A DNA stretch of 63,682 bases, filler included, from Asterionella formosa (lineage: Eukaryota), in NCBI GenBank assembly GCA_002256025.1. It is 10 parts of 10 records of this genome, joined end to end, with 100 filler letters (N's around TTAATTAATTAA, not from the genome) between each part and the next. Parts side by side here need not be neighbours in the genome. Positions count along the whole stretch, not along the records: positions 45,415 to 63,682 come from NKIB01004117.1; 9 more parts are not named here. The stretch is one strand, 5' to 3'. Below are positions 48,658 through 62,330 of this stretch, in pieces. A program made the translations under genes and the position numbers. Below the pieces are notes generated by a model. The model made no database searches, had not been told where the DNA came from, and was given only the letters and a program-made list of their open reading frames with translations. How positions within the stretch are numbered: position 1 is the first letter of the stretch; each line of letters starts with the position of its first letter.

Positions 48658-50610
48658 TTAAATGAATAGATAAAATGCAGCAATATGTTGTTATTTTTTC
48701 TTTTTCTGTAAAAATTAAAGAAAAGGGAGTGTTGTGCCAGATGTACAAAGGGGTACAAGACAATGGGAGAATACGAGACACCGGGTTTTACGGTATGTGT
48801 TTTGGCATGGAGCAAAATTATGTCTACATACAGCAACGTGGATATACATAGATTAATCCTCTTCATAGCACATCCTTACTGTTCTATTTTAGTGTTGCAT
48901 CATTGTGGTCCATGCATGGCCCATATAAGGAAAGGTTTGGTTAGGAGTAACTTCCTCATGTGGCTGTAAGTAATTTAATAAAATTGGGGTGGCTTTGTTC
49001 TTGGTGGTTCATTTCTTGATGACTGCACTTCTTGTCATGTCAGCCGGAGAATGGAATGGTGAGTGTGGATTGGGTAAAAAATTTCCATTTTGGCCCAACT
49101 GCTGGTGATTCAATTTGAAGTCTCCATAACAATTGGTCATTCCAGGGCTTCCAAGAACTCATTGTTTTTGTTTTTGTCTTCCTTGTCTTTGTGATCACTA
49201 AAATTATTGCTTTGAGCAGCACATCCAGCTCTTCATCAGTGACTTCTTTATTTCTCTGTCTTCTTCTTTGTTCCTACCGTAAAAGCCTTTGGACCACGGC
49301 GACACAATTCATGCATTGTGCAAGCTCTTGCCCATTTGTTGCAAAAAAGTTTACGGACAGAATGAACCAGTGGTTCGCCGGGAATCCGGTGAGATCATCA
49401 TGGGAGGGTCCGATACCAGGCGAAATGGATGCCACCGAATTTTTGACTTCAAAGAAGGCATATCACAACCAATCAGTTATTGGCAAAGAAGGCATATCAC
49501 AACCAATCAGTTATTGGATGGGATCAGGTGTGTCGTGGGCGCATCAGTCTTCACTGGAGGAAAGCAATTTTCAATTATTGTAGGGAGCAATGACTACACA
49601 ATGACATGCAACTGGCAGATAGGTGGGTGGAACGTGTCATATGCCATATCTGGCAGTTCAGTATTGATTCATGTATGAAAAGGAACGAATTTCTCTTCGG
49701 AAAAACATCAGAAGAATAACTCGCCAAGCAAATTCAGGAGGTGGACACTCAAATAATCAGGCAGTATAATCAGGATCAGCTGCAAGTGAGAAACCAATAT
49801 CGCTCTCTGTTCGCTCTTTCCCTTCAGGTATCCTTATGCAGACTCACTGTACACCAGAAACGTCTGTGGGTAGAGACCTTCGATATTGCCTGTCAGTCAT
49901 GGCAACACCACCAGACAACAGATGGCCGGAGACCACAGGTGTGTTGAAGGCTGTCCTGAAGCGCCCCCCCCACTAGTTGCTTTCGGGGCACAAGTGCAAT
50001 TTAGCGTTAGTTTAAATGTACTATAAAATTTACTTGAAACGTGTCTTCTTCTTTATTCCTGTTTAGCATATCGGCAGCATTCTTTTATTCTTCTTGCTTC
50101 TTGCACTGTAAAAGCACTCACTGCAGTGAAAGGGGGGGGGGGTTTAAAATTCTTCTTTTATTTTCTCTTGTTGCTGTCTTTGCCTGATTCGTCTTCTTTT
50201 TGCGTTGTGTTGATACCATTACCATGAATTCTTCAACTGTGCGTAGTGTTTGTGGAAAATGCCATATCGATATCCATGCAATCGCTGTTGTTCACAGCTT
50301 CTGCGGTAATCTTTGTTTGCTTTTCCATCTCCTCTTCTTTCTGCATTTTCTTTCTGTCGGAATTCATTACTATCTTACGGCTCTGTCCCACGTGTATGAT
50401 TTGATCTTTCTTTGCCTGGTTTGCCGCTTGAATTGCGCCTTTCGTCATGGTGAATCGGTCGTTTTTAGGAATTATTAACTGTCGGGATCCGGAGGTCCCT
50501 GTAGCTGAAGTTCCACTAAATTCTGAGATCAGCGCTGCAGTGCGCGCTGTAGTCTTTCTTAAACTCGCCTTTATACTTCTTGGCAAAAAGTGAGCGACCT
50601 CAGATATAAA

Positions 50611-50894
50611 GTTAGTATGTTTTATAGCCCATTTGTACTCCCCTATTTCTAGGCAATTATTCATTGTGCTACCTGCCAACAAGACCTGTGCTTCCCTAGT
50701 TTTAAATCCCCAACCAACTTTCGCGAAAAGTGATCGTCTTAGCCGCAGTGTTAGGGGAAACTCTATGCAAGACCATGTGGGACAGTAAGGAGTGTGGGAG
50801 TCGAACCCAACAAATGCTTCTCAAACGAATTGCGGGAATCGAACCTCACAACCTCAGATCAAAGGCAACATGCGAAGCCACTAAGCTATTTCCC
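50611..50894 (-). mobile_element. tRNA-derived SINE-like element, copy 2 (internal deletion)
   Basis: A box TAGCTTAGTGG; B boxes GGTTCGATTCC and GGTTCGACTCC; same 3' end. Confidence 0.78.
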
Positions 50895-51879
50895 TAGCGA
50901 GGTAGATAAAGTATAAATGTTCAACATCATTTTTTTTTGTTTTTAAAATGGAACTCTTTTAATCTGGCGCCGATGACTATTTGATTAATTCAAATAATTC
51001 AATGGACAATAGAATCATGGGAATTCATAGAAGCAAACTCCTTGTTTGGGACTTTTTTACAACCCTAGCGATGTTTCCTCCAAAATAGGGTTAAGTCGGG
51101 GCCGCAACAATATTGCTAATAATTTAAGGTCGCTGCATTTCAACCCTAGATTAAAGGTAAGTACGCACCACTGAATGATGTCGCATGACCTTCACGAAAA
51201 ATGTTACCATCACAACCCCTTATTTCTACTTCTTCTCAGCTGCCTCTTCAAGAATAGAACACATTTTACCTCTCCTATTCAGATGAATTACCATATTTAG
51301 GAAGATTAGAATCCAAATAATGCGAATCTTATATATAAATAAAACAATACAGAGCAGTCGTTGTGATTGGCTGCAGCATCCTGCATCATGTCGTCTCTGC
51401 CACGACCATGACGAAAATAGCGGAAATCTCTGCGAATTTGATAACGACGCTTTTCTATTTGGTACATAAATCAAATACGGCATAAACAATACAATCATGC
51501 CAGAATAATTGTAATAACACTTATATTGACAACGAAAAATAAAATCGCCAATGGCGCAAAATCTGTAGAGCATATAAAATGGTTTCCATAAGTAGACCCC
51601 TTGCCAATTTCGGCAATCCCAGGGATGGGAAAGCGAGGGGCAATTGGCACAAATTGTAATGCCAAAATGCAAACATAGGCAAAATACGAAATTAAATTAA
51701 ATGATGGGCAATATCGGACCCATTGCAAATTTCTATGTGAAGATAGGAAATATAAGATATGTATTTTTTATGATGGGCTACTATAGCAAGCTAAAATTGA
51801 CATTTACACTCAATGAGTAGACAATAGCTAGCTAGTTTGTTAATTGCCTTGACAATACCCTTCTCGGTGGCTACATGCC

Positions 51880-53060
51880 TCCTCGTACACATTTGTACTC
51901 ACAGGCGTGAGACCACCTCGGGGATATATTGCCTTTAGCAATTTGTGTAGTTATTCTTGATGACCATGTGGGAATGGCTTAAAGATTAGCACACCTCATA
52001 AGGTGGCGGGTTCAATTCCTGCATACTCTACCTGTCGTACTTTTATGCAGTCCCTAGGGTTGTCTTACATACGAATAAAACCGGTACTAATTGTGTCAAG
52101 TGGGAAAGCTTTAATTGACAATTTTTTAAATTCTTGATGGCCATGGGAGTCGCTCGCTTCCACCTTACATTCTTGGAGTATATCAATTCTCCGATCAACC
52201 CTTGGAATGTTTGCATTGGTATCCCCTATGCATGTAACAAGTATCTGACAGGTCGGTGACAGTACAAAACAAAGCGGATTCTTCAAAATGTATTTGACAC
52301 ATGCAAAGAGGAATACGACTCTTCACAATTTGCCTCATGCAATTGAAAAGACAGATATTGTTGGAATTAATTGTTTCGCATGCATGGGACCAGAGTTTTG
52401 CAAATGTGCAAACAAATAAAAAGTGATTTTGGATTGGGACTTGTTGGTACCACTGAATTACAATGCACTGTTTCATCCAGAAATACAGACAACCCAAAAT
52501 GTCGGAGGCATACAAATAAATGACGCAAACCACCAAAGCACCATGACGTGGCCTACTGAGCTCAATCTGGCTGATAGAAGGAATTTCTTGAACATTGACC
52601 ACCCAAATTGTGGAGTACATCAAGAGAGAAGATGCAAGAAATGGAACAAAAGGAAATGAAGGTGCAATGAAAAGGAGGGAACCAGCCTAATCCGAAATTG
52701 ACCAGCACAAAAGGATGAATGCAGGGCTGCATTTCGCTGTTGAGAATACAAGTTTGGGTCCAACTTTACTGAGACACATGCTGGAGACTCATGAGAGACA
52801 GCAGATTGTTCGGAACCAAAAGGAGAGAAAGCAAATGAAAGATTCATCGCAATTGAAGTCAAGGTTCAGCAAGTGAGTGGAACCGGAAAGATTGCCGGTA
52901 ATTATACCTGTGCTGAGCAGAAGGCATGGGTTCTTTGGTTTAAACATAATGGTGATGCACCAATTCCAACAACAAGACTGAATCTTTAACCCGGTACCTT
53001 GATACCACATATCACAGAGGAGATCAGACGCCGCCATTGACAAGCATATTGATAACAGAG
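51880..53060 (+). pseudogene. pogo/Tc5-type (DDE_1) transposase remnant
   Basis: LDGHGSR, WNVCIGIPY, QVGDS..Q.GFFK and HAWDQSFANVQTNKK...PLNYNALFHPEI, spread across frameshifts. Confidence 0.7.
51970..52036 (+). mobile_element. Truncated tRNA-like/SINE head inside the pogo remnant
   Basis: GGGAATGGCTTA...GGTTCAATTCC followed by CATACTCTACC, resembling the SINE 5' end with a single B box. Confidence 0.5.
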
Positions 53061-53255
53061 GAGAATGATGCTATGGCAGTTGTTTAAGTGGAAGAAGATT
53101 AGTGATGCTGGTAAAATTGGTACACTCGTACCAGATACCAGACAGGCAGGGAGAGTGGTGAGCAAGGCGATGCCTGCTAGCAAAGAAGGGAATACACATG
53201 AGAAGCACAACAAGAGAAGCAAATATTTAAGGTCATGTCAGTCCATTTTAAAAGG

Positions 53256-53616
53256 ATAGTATTTTTATTGCCCATTTGTACTCCCCTATTTCTAGGAATG
53301 TATTTCATTGTGCTTCCTGCAGTCAAGACCTGCCTGTGCTTCCCTAGTTTTGTTAGCTTATGTGAGTGTCTAACCACCTTTTGCAAAAGGTGATTGTCTA
53401 AACGTTAGGGGAAACTACGACTGCCTAGGAAGGCGAAACTAGCTGCTTGTAGGGGATGCAACCCACCATTTCTTGTGCATCAGGCAAGACCGTGCAGGAC
53501 AGTAGTATGGAGTGTGGGAGTTGAACCCAACAATTGCTTCTCAAAAAATTTGTGGGCGGAATCAAACCTCACAACCTCAGATCAAAGGCATTATGCTAAA
53601 GCACTAAGCCATTTTC
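53256..53616 (-). mobile_element. tRNA-derived SINE-like element, copy 3
   Basis: Same head, body and tail. GTCAGTCCAT lies on both flanks (53237-46 and 53619-28), a possible target-site duplication. Confidence 0.78.
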
Positions 53617-54394
53617 TCGTCAGTCCATAATATTTACATGTTGATGTCAAGAAAAACAGGATAATCTGTGTTCACTCATGAATATAAAAATATTTTCAGA
53701 TCTGCTAAAAATTTCACATACTGCATTGACCCACTTAGACTGAATTATATGTCTATATAATTTTTGATAACTTCTGAACCAGATGTTCAATTTAGCTAGG
53801 AACATGATGCTAATGTACCAATGCCTTCTGACATCAATACCATCACAGAACAAATTTCAGAGATACTGTTAGGCGAGCTAAGTGTGAGTCGAATTAATCA
53901 AACAAATGGGATAAAACAGGAGTGGGTCAATGCAGTTTTTGACCGGTAGCAGGTACCTGGTACAATGTTCTCATCGTTTCGTTCATGAACTGAAATCTAA
54001 ATGACTTGTAACATATTGGTCGCAACCATGAATGATTCTCTTGTGATCTTCCTGGTAGAAACAAACACGATCACCGTGACTTGCAGTACCGGTTAAGTGT
54101 TCCAGTGCTACCGGTAATAGGATTATCCGGTAGAACCATGATAGACAGCACACACGATTGTTCAACATTGCTAATATTCATCCATATCATGCTTGGTTTT
54201 GTCAAACCTGGATACGGTACCTGTATATCATCGCTACGTGCGTAATAAAAGTGTACACATTCAACCAGCCTCCTGTAGGCACGACCTTTGGAACAGAACA
54301 ATGATCGTGCGTTCCGAATTATTTTTCACCAAATCCCTGTGGTTTCGTTAGATACGGTAGCTACCATTAGTACTGTGCGGTACTTCGAGTACTC

Positions 54395-54484
54395 CAAGTT
54401 GCGGTCGTAATTGTGTTGAAGCTACATATTTAGCTGTTTTTATCGGATATATAAATTTTATTTAAGCAAAATAGCCGCAACTTG
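54395..54484. mobile_element. ~90-bp MITE-like element, copy 2
   Basis: Perfect 10-bp inverted termini CAAGTTGCGG/CCGCAACTTG. Confidence 0.8.
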
Positions 54485-54700
54485 CTGGTACCAGGGTATA
54501 TACCCAAGATCATGTTGATGATCCATGCATTCTACGTATGTCACTACTTAGTCTATATATACATTTGTAGTAGGAAATAGTTTCAGCATCAAAACGAGAA
54601 ACGAACTGACACCATAATAAATTATTCGGAGTCCATTTTTCTGGCGTTGCATTCCTTCTGCGAATCTTGCGGTTCCATATCATTTGAGCAAACAGCATCC

Positions 54701-57700
54701 ATGACAATCTCCTTTGAAAGGCCAATTGGTGCGCATGCAGATGTCAAGGAGTTGGAATACGTTAGTGCATTGCAACAAACGTGCATTCCAACGTTGAGAA
54801 ATGATGGAAGCATTGTAGGTACGTACCGGTAGGCTACAAGTATTCAAAAGACAGTTCCGGTAGACGGCTCGTTTGCCTTGTTGTTTGTGCCATGGGCACA
54901 AGGGAAGGCCCTTTGTATACTTATTTACTTATACCCACCAATCATCGTATATCTACAGTTGAAGATGTGTGTCGACTCCTATTAAGTCGGCATGGGATTC
55001 AAGTTACACCAAAAGTTGTTGAGGATCTCATTACAACAGAACTTGCTGGCGATCCAGAAGAACAACCGAAGGGTTGCGTTGATCTTCGACAGCTTGTTGG
55101 TATACTTTTGATTCCTGACTTGAAGCGTGCTCTACATCATAGAACAACCACCAATGTGCTGGATGCGGATAGTGGAACAATAACTACCCCTGTTTCCTTG
55201 TTTCATCAGATCTTGCACATTATTCTCACGGATATTGGCATGATTCAACAAGACCAAAAAACAACAACTAATACTTTTACTACTATGGAAGACACCACGA
55301 AATCTACTCCTGCATTGACCATTGAATTGATTCAAACGATCCTTGCCATTTATGGAGAAACAAATGTCCCTACCGAAGTATTGAAGGATATGATTCGCAT
55401 GTGTGGCAACCACAACGATACCTTGACGGCAGATGCCCTTTCTTGCGCTCTCACGTCAGACTTGACTGTGTACCAAGTCGAATGGAACAATCGATTAAGT
55501 ACGTATTATGATGATGTCATGTCTGCCGATGACACTACTAATAATAACGTTAGTCAGCGCATCGCTTCTACTAGTGGTGGAACTACAAAACATGAACCAC
55601 CAACATTGAAAGATGTGGAAGCCTTTGTGGTGGACAGGAAGAAATATGAGGATTTTGTTGATACTAATGTGAAGAATGTTGATACACAAATCAAAAAGGT
55701 TGATACCAAAATCAAGAATGCCTTTCTTACTCATAGACAGGACACCGAGGATGAAACAATAGTTGTGAAGCCTGAAAAGAAAATGTTGAAATCAAAAGAT
55801 GAGGAATCCCTCCTGGAAGGACGACTACAAAATATAGAGGATGTTGACACAACTTTCAAGAAAGTCTTTACATTTCCAACTATTGATCAAACTGCTGAAG
55901 GCTACCGGTCTCAGACCTTTGCCGCCTTGCTTTGGGTAACAGGTATTCTATGCTACTTTGCATACGTCTATTCCGTCCAGACGGCATATTCTGGCTTTAA
56001 TTGTGACGATTTCAACTCGAATTTCGGTTGCAAATGTGCCAACGGTATTGCAAACTGGATATATGTCTTTTTGCAATTGACCATTTTGGGAACGTCCTAC
56101 ATTGTCTTGTCAAGCTCAGGAAATAGTATCTATGCCAAGCGGAATATCCAGTCGGTGATCGAGTCGTTGGTCGGTATGACGACAATTATTTTGACTACCA
56201 TCGTGGCCTTTTTCGTCAATATCCAGACCAAAATCTTTGATACGACCAACCTGAAAACCGGCAATGCTTGGGCATTTATTATTTCCTTATTGTTCGGCTG
56301 CTTCCTTTTAGCTTTTCAAGTCATGCAGATCTTGCGGTTGATCGTACCACAGAGTGTTCAACACCGATTTGAGAAATTGCATCGATTCTTGACGCCCGGA
56401 ATGGCACACAAGGAATTACGGTCCAAACAAGCCGCGGCTTTCAAGGTGGAAGGCTTGATCAACAATGCGTTGGATCTTCACCAAGTCATGGAACAGGAAC
56501 CACTGAAGGGACGAAAGAATAGTGACAGTGGTTCGAATTCTGTTTTGTTGGTGAGCAGTCAAGGGCGAGCCTTGATGAATTATACGTCACGTTCGAATCT
56601 GAAAGAAACGGTTGGGGGATTTTCTTGGGCCTGGAAGCGTTTCTTCAATAGCACGATTTGTTCTGAATATGGGGTTTGGTTCCATTCCAGACTCCTTGCC
56701 TGCAACTTTGGGCAGTTCTTGGTGTTGAGTGTTGTGGCCACTTTGGTGGTAGCTGGTTCCATCAACGCGAACACTTATTTAACTGATCAACACACCAAGG
56801 CCGCTACCTATGATATGAACAAAACTGAAGTGGTCATATGGAGGTTATATTTTACCCCATCACACCGCAATCAAAGCTTCACGGTGCCGTTGCTTTTGGG
56901 TTCTGACGTTGCGAAATACTTTGCTCTGGACATGATGCCTGCTCCGAATACAACGGGAGCATGGTTCTTCAACTCCACAGGGGCTTTCTACTACAAGTAC
57001 AACGAAATCTCAACAGAGGCGCGCGATCTTTACAACTTGACAGTATACAGCCCACCACTTACAAGCTACCCTGTATTCCGAAGCATTCCCGAGCTAGTAC
57101 AGCGAGGTGTACCGAGTTCGATCGAGCAGCTCATGTCCGCAACACTTTCGGGACTCTTTGACAACAGGACTGTACCCGTGAATTTTGGCGAAAGGGAAAT
57201 TATCATAACCGAGGTAGTGGACGGTATGAACTCTGTTGTCAGGACTCTTACGGGTTTGAATTTAACTGAGGCTGTCTATCTTCTCGAAAAGGGTATTTTC
57301 ACGATCAGGCAAAGCGTAGAAATGTTCGTAACTCAGACTGCAAATTCAATCCCCACATCCGACGCTTTCTTTTCAATTCTTGTCGGTGGATTTGCAGGCT
57401 TTGCGGCTATCCTCGGTATCAGTTTGGTGTTCATTCCCTCATATATTAGCACTGTGTTGAAGTTTCGAAGTGGGGTTATCCCAACATTAACCAACAAGGA
57501 CTTCTTGTTATACCGCGCCTCTGGTGATCAAGCAACAATTCTCTTCGGAAGCTGTGTTTGGGCGGCGGCCTTCTGTGGGGTGATATGTGCATTTCTTATT
57601 GGCTTCCTCTTCTTTATCCTTATCTGGGATGTTACCAGCCAAATAGTTCAAGCAATTCTTGGCCAAATTGTTGGCATTTGTGTCACAATTGGGTTGAAAA

Positions 57701-58407
57701 TGATAATAATGATCTTTCTCCGTAAAATGTTTGTTGCTGCATACTATCGCAAGAGACCTGCTGCTTCGAATGTCATGAATGTTGTCCTTGAGTCGTGGAA
57801 TGTTGGTTTATCGACGGGCTTTATGATTGGGCGATCAGGAGTTCTTTTGCTTTGCACAGCCTTTTATATTGGACGGCTTGACACACCGTTCCTTGCTCCG
57901 GGCGTTGGATTTTTTGGTCCTGTTCCCTTGGACTCCTATCCAAACGCCTTTCGAAAAGATATTCTATTGCATGAAGCACACCGACATCCATATATTGAGA
58001 GATTAGCCTCACTTTATCTCTTGAAGTTACGTTTCCCCCGTTCTTTTGGTTCTCGCGCTGGTGGTGTTTGGCGGCTGATCGTTGTCTCTGCATTGTGTCC
58101 CTGGTTGAGGAAGTACCGTGCTGATATACGTGATGAGCCCATTTGGGACGAAGCAAAGGAAGAAGAACAGCATGACAAATCGAGCAAGAAGGCAAGCCAC
58201 CAAGAGATCCAGATGACCATCAGCTTGAGTCGCGAAGAGATTTTAGAACGAGAGTTAAGCAAATTACGATTCCGCGTACAGAAGCTGGCTGAAGTGACAG
58301 GGAAGTTATCAAGGAAGATTCAAAGCTTGGAGACAGAAAATGCCGACCTCGTGGCGGCAGCCACGGAACAAACTCAACAGAACGACGGCAACGATGCGCA
58401 CAATTAG
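54701..58407 (+). CDS. Large polytopic membrane protein with STRA6/RBP-receptor-like C-terminal region; exons 54701-54818 and 54959-58407
   Basis: A 140-nt GTACGT...CTACAG intron joins MTISFERPIGAHADVKELEY... in frame to the long ORF. About 9-10 hydrophobic segments. C-terminal WNV..R..IGRLD..LD..F..E..RHPY..RA..W.L..P.LRKYR and a coiled-coil tail. Confidence 0.85.
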
Positions 58408-58699
58408 CTAGGTTGGGGCTGATACACCAGGGCACTTTGCGAAACTAGATTATACTCTATTCCCTGACGACCCATATAAATACCATTTCACATTTTTTAG
58501 ATCACTGGAGACAGGATGAGACACTAACTGTGCAATGTTCGCACAATCATATATACTGAGGTTGCCGCAGTACTCGAATAATTCAACGCCAGCCAAAGGA
58601 ATTCTGCTGCTTTTCTGAGAGTAATTTTCCTCCAATGACATGACCATAATTCATGATTTAGCAATCGCTATTTGTGAAATGTTTTGGTAATTGCTGACA

Positions 58700-59890
58700 T
58701 TATTCATTGATTGGAAATAACATTTTGCTCAGCATAACAATATTTGCTAAATGAAAATAGCAATTACAGTTGCTGATTTGACTACAAGATATTTAAATGA
58801 CTGAGTGCCAACCAGGTTTCATTGCAAATAGACAATTGTTTTATAATTCAATTTTTGTGCCAAATGATGCATGGCCTGCCATGGCATCCCATTCAGAATG
58901 CTTATAATCTGATTGAAGGCTGATTCCAAAACCTCAGCCAAACAGTGTGACTACCAGACCTTCCAAGGCATGTTTTGAGTACCTCAGCCACTTCATGCAT
59001 TATTTGTGGTAGGACTGAAATTCACTATAGAAATCCACAGCACTTCTTATGTTTCAAGCTAGGTACGAGAAAGTTTTTCAAAGCCTACCATGCTAGCCAG
59101 TCTGGTCTCCCTGGCTTCTTGAAGGCTGACAGCAAAAACACATGCAAAATATAGAATTACCATAACTTCCAAGGCTAAATTTGAGTGGGCATTTGACACT
59201 TTTTAGCTAAGTATAAAGGCAAGCATAATAGAGACTATACTAGTGCAGTTACAGAGTAGCAAGGGATCTGCTGGTAGAAAGTCTGCAAAGGCTTTCGGGT
59301 TCCTTTATGGGAATGATCGGTGCACAATTGCGCCACAGCACACCAGCACCTTTCCAACAAACCCAAGGGCGATGCTTGCATGCTACATCAGGAAAAGAAT
59401 TGACCTCAACGTTAAAGAAGTCGGCAAACATAGGATGAGACAAATTAGCATCTCTCCTTTTCTAGTGGTGAGACATGATAGCAGTAAGAGTAGCAAAATG
59501 GTCACTTTTCTATTTCATTTGTGTATACTCTGCTGACCAGCAATCGCTATTTATCGGCACCATAACTCCCAAAATTTTTGAGCCAATCTTGACCGAATTG
59601 TTCCGGAATATATTCCCAGTAATTGGTATATCCCATCACCAAAATCATGTTCCCCTGGGTTGGTCTGTCCAAGTGCGGCAGCGCGGAATTCTCGAATCCT
59701 AGGATATCCTGCCTTGAGAATCTCAATAGCATTTGACCATATAATAACAACAAAATTTGCCACAACTGTGGGTGCATTGCTGCAATAATGAGAGCATTGA
59801 TACTGCTAGTATAAATGGTTCTCTTAGATAAGCAATCTGTAATCCCTATGGAGGTATCATCTAGAAAAGCATCAACAGTAGCTATTGTGG
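58700..59890 (-). pseudogene. Degraded non-LTR retrotransposon reverse-transcriptase remnant
   Basis: TVDAFLDDTSIG (RT catalytic-motif-like) near 59845-59880, then LLQQ..GKF..KCY and further fragmented ORFs. Confidence 0.45.
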
Positions 59891-60300
59891 AACCAGAATT
59901 TACTAGCTTTGTTGTCTATTTTTCATTTTTCATTAATCATGGTATGAAGGTACTATGTCAAATTCGCTAATGAAACTGTACTATTTCTAGTCGAAAATCA
60001 ATCAAACAATCAAATCGTCATTGAAGTTACAATTTGAAGGAGAAGTCTTCAAGAATTCGTGAAAGTGATTATGAGTATGCTTTTTTTAGTTCTTGGCAAT
60101 TAGGAGATCTTCCAGTACCATTGTGCTTGTTGGTTGTTGTTTGTTGTCAGCGCTTGTGAGTTGTGAAAACAGTCTTGTTCTTATTTTGTAGACAACATTG
60201 ATGTTGTGGCACTCATTATGACTTGTGTTGGTTCATTGCAGTGAGATCTTCTGCTTCTAGTATCATGCCATGATACTACTAGGAGAAGCAAAAGATCTCA

Positions 60301-61232
60301 CTGGAGTGTTGAAGACAGGGTTTATATTTCTTGCCCTTACAGTTTTTCAATGATGGTTCACTTATTGATAAACAAATGAAAAACTCCAAGCATCCGTTTT
60401 TGTTGACAATGTTAAACTTAACATTAGAAGGAAGGAAAAAGTTGATGGATGGCAATTGGTATCTCTTTTGCCAGACATTGAAGTCAGTTATCTGGAGAAA
60501 CAAACAAATAATAAGTTGTCTGGTGACAAGTTGTCCATGTGTAGACTCAAGTTATACCATTCTGTTACAGGATTTCTATTGTCGCCTTTCGAGGATCCAA
60601 ACAAGTCATACAATATTTGGTTTCATGGTCTTGGTATGACAAAGTTTATTTCCAGATTGGAATGATCATTGGTGATACAGAAGAGCATAAAAGAATTTGT
60701 CTTGATTATTGAAATGCAATGCATAGTTTCTCTGCTTTCATGATGTTCTGGAAGAATAGTGAGACAAATTTCTTGGTTGTGCAATTTTTCAACCATTTCT
60801 ACTTCATAAATGATGTCGCCCACTTTTCCGGTATTTTCATTCATCAAATGAAGGAAAATCACTGAGTTCTTCATCATTATCAGGGATGTCAGGAGAACAA
60901 TGTTAACATAAATACTTTATGATCGATCAATCTTTTTTCTATGATTTATTGATAACACTTATGTACACATTTTATCATATTTTACTATCATTGTATTATT
61001 TTAATATGATCATACTATTTTGATTAGAAATATATCATAAACATTTTAATCATCATAGTTTATAATCAATGTATCATAACTTTGTGATAGACATTATTCA
61101 ATATTATGCATCATATTTTGGTGATGTATGTATCGACGTGACCCTATAATACTATCATATTATCATCTTTTCAAAAATTGATTGGGAACTGTATTATACT
61201 GCATTGTACTACGGAATATATTATAACACACA
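60301..61232 (+). mobile_element. Internally deleted, inverted derivative of the large Plavaka-like element
   Basis: 60301-60710 matches reverse complement of ~14785-15207; 60711-60880 matches ~10895-11091; ~60915-61232 matches ~8706-9020. Order is collinear. Confidence 0.85.
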
Positions 61233-61639
61233 ATGTAAGACACTGCTGGGCGTTGACGAAAACACTGAAATACAAAAAGTCACATACAAAAACGGTGTTT
61301 CATCTAAAATCGACCTCGCATCATGCATGTTTTCCCAAGAGACTGCAGAAGAATGCAAAGTTCACAAAAGTTCGCAAAAGACTGCAGAAAAACTTCGTTA
61401 TTTTAATTTCTATGAAATCTCTTGATCTGTTCTGCGCTTTTTCGCCACCACAATTGTTTTCATTGGCTGTTTCACTGGACAGCATTCGAATTGAATGTGC
61501 TTCGAACGAAGCAATGATCAAAGTCCACCCCATTTCAGAATGATGAGTCTCACAACATAGTATCAGTTAGTTAATTAAAATTGGACTGTCCTTTGTGCAC
61601 CCTTGTTGTGTTTGTACTTGACTTGGCAACTGTCAGCCA

Positions 61640-62330
61640 AGAGCAGCCATGGTATGCCACCATTTATTGTCTGTACAAGTTTCGAATGCGTTCAGATATG
61701 ATAACTTTTGCTCCCCCCTAAAACACTATCTCACCACCCTTGTCATAGATTTTTCTTTATCTTTTTGCTTCACAGGCCCAGGTTACTCAATGCCTTCATC
61801 TGCAAGTTCAACCAAGCACGTTGGCGTCAAGAAAACCTCAACCCCGATTTTCCTCACATGCTCCACCCACCATTGACTTCTTCATTGATGAAGTCGAGGT
61901 AGCTATATTGATTTCAGGTGGCGCAGGCTTGTGTATAGATTGATGATTCCGAAAGCATTGCTTCCTTTTCCGGTAGGTACCTATTTGTCAACATTGTTTG
62001 GGTCAATCCATTCTTGTTCCCGCAAGACCAGAAGCAATTATCCCTCTACTTCTCCCCCCAAGAACCTTCATTTCTCTTTCACAATTGTCCTGATGTTTGC
62101 AGAGCATTTTAAGTTCTCTTTTGAATTTTTCACTGGTTTCGATCCCCTTTGCATTCAAGTCAAGAAACAAGCAACTCATTGAGATTTCTGGAGGTTTTGG
62201 TCAGTGGCACCATACAGCAAGCAACAATCAACAGATCATGGCGGCTGTTCTCCATTTTCTGTAGCAAGTGACATTCAAGAAGGGTCTGGGATCATTGGGG
62301 AGAAAAATTAGTAGGCTTTTCTGTGTTTGC
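61640..62330 (-). pseudogene. Tc1/IS630-related DDE transposase remnant
   Basis: EG.WG..G.LLVLREQEWIDP and FLTPTCLVELADEGIE resemble the GW.GK.KG..QVL.ERGWID and TPK.H.ELAGEGIEY motifs. Many disruptions. Confidence 0.5.

Noticed and set aside
50780..50894. Functional tRNA genes at the A/B-box motifs
   Set aside because: No complete cloverleaf (anticodon and acceptor stems do not pair), and each is attached to the same repeat body.
51866..51950. HDV-like ribozyme (GCCTCCTCGT...GCAA...GTGTAG)
   Set aside because: P3/P1 order does not fit without a large insertion. The stretch is better explained as part of the pogo transposase remnant.
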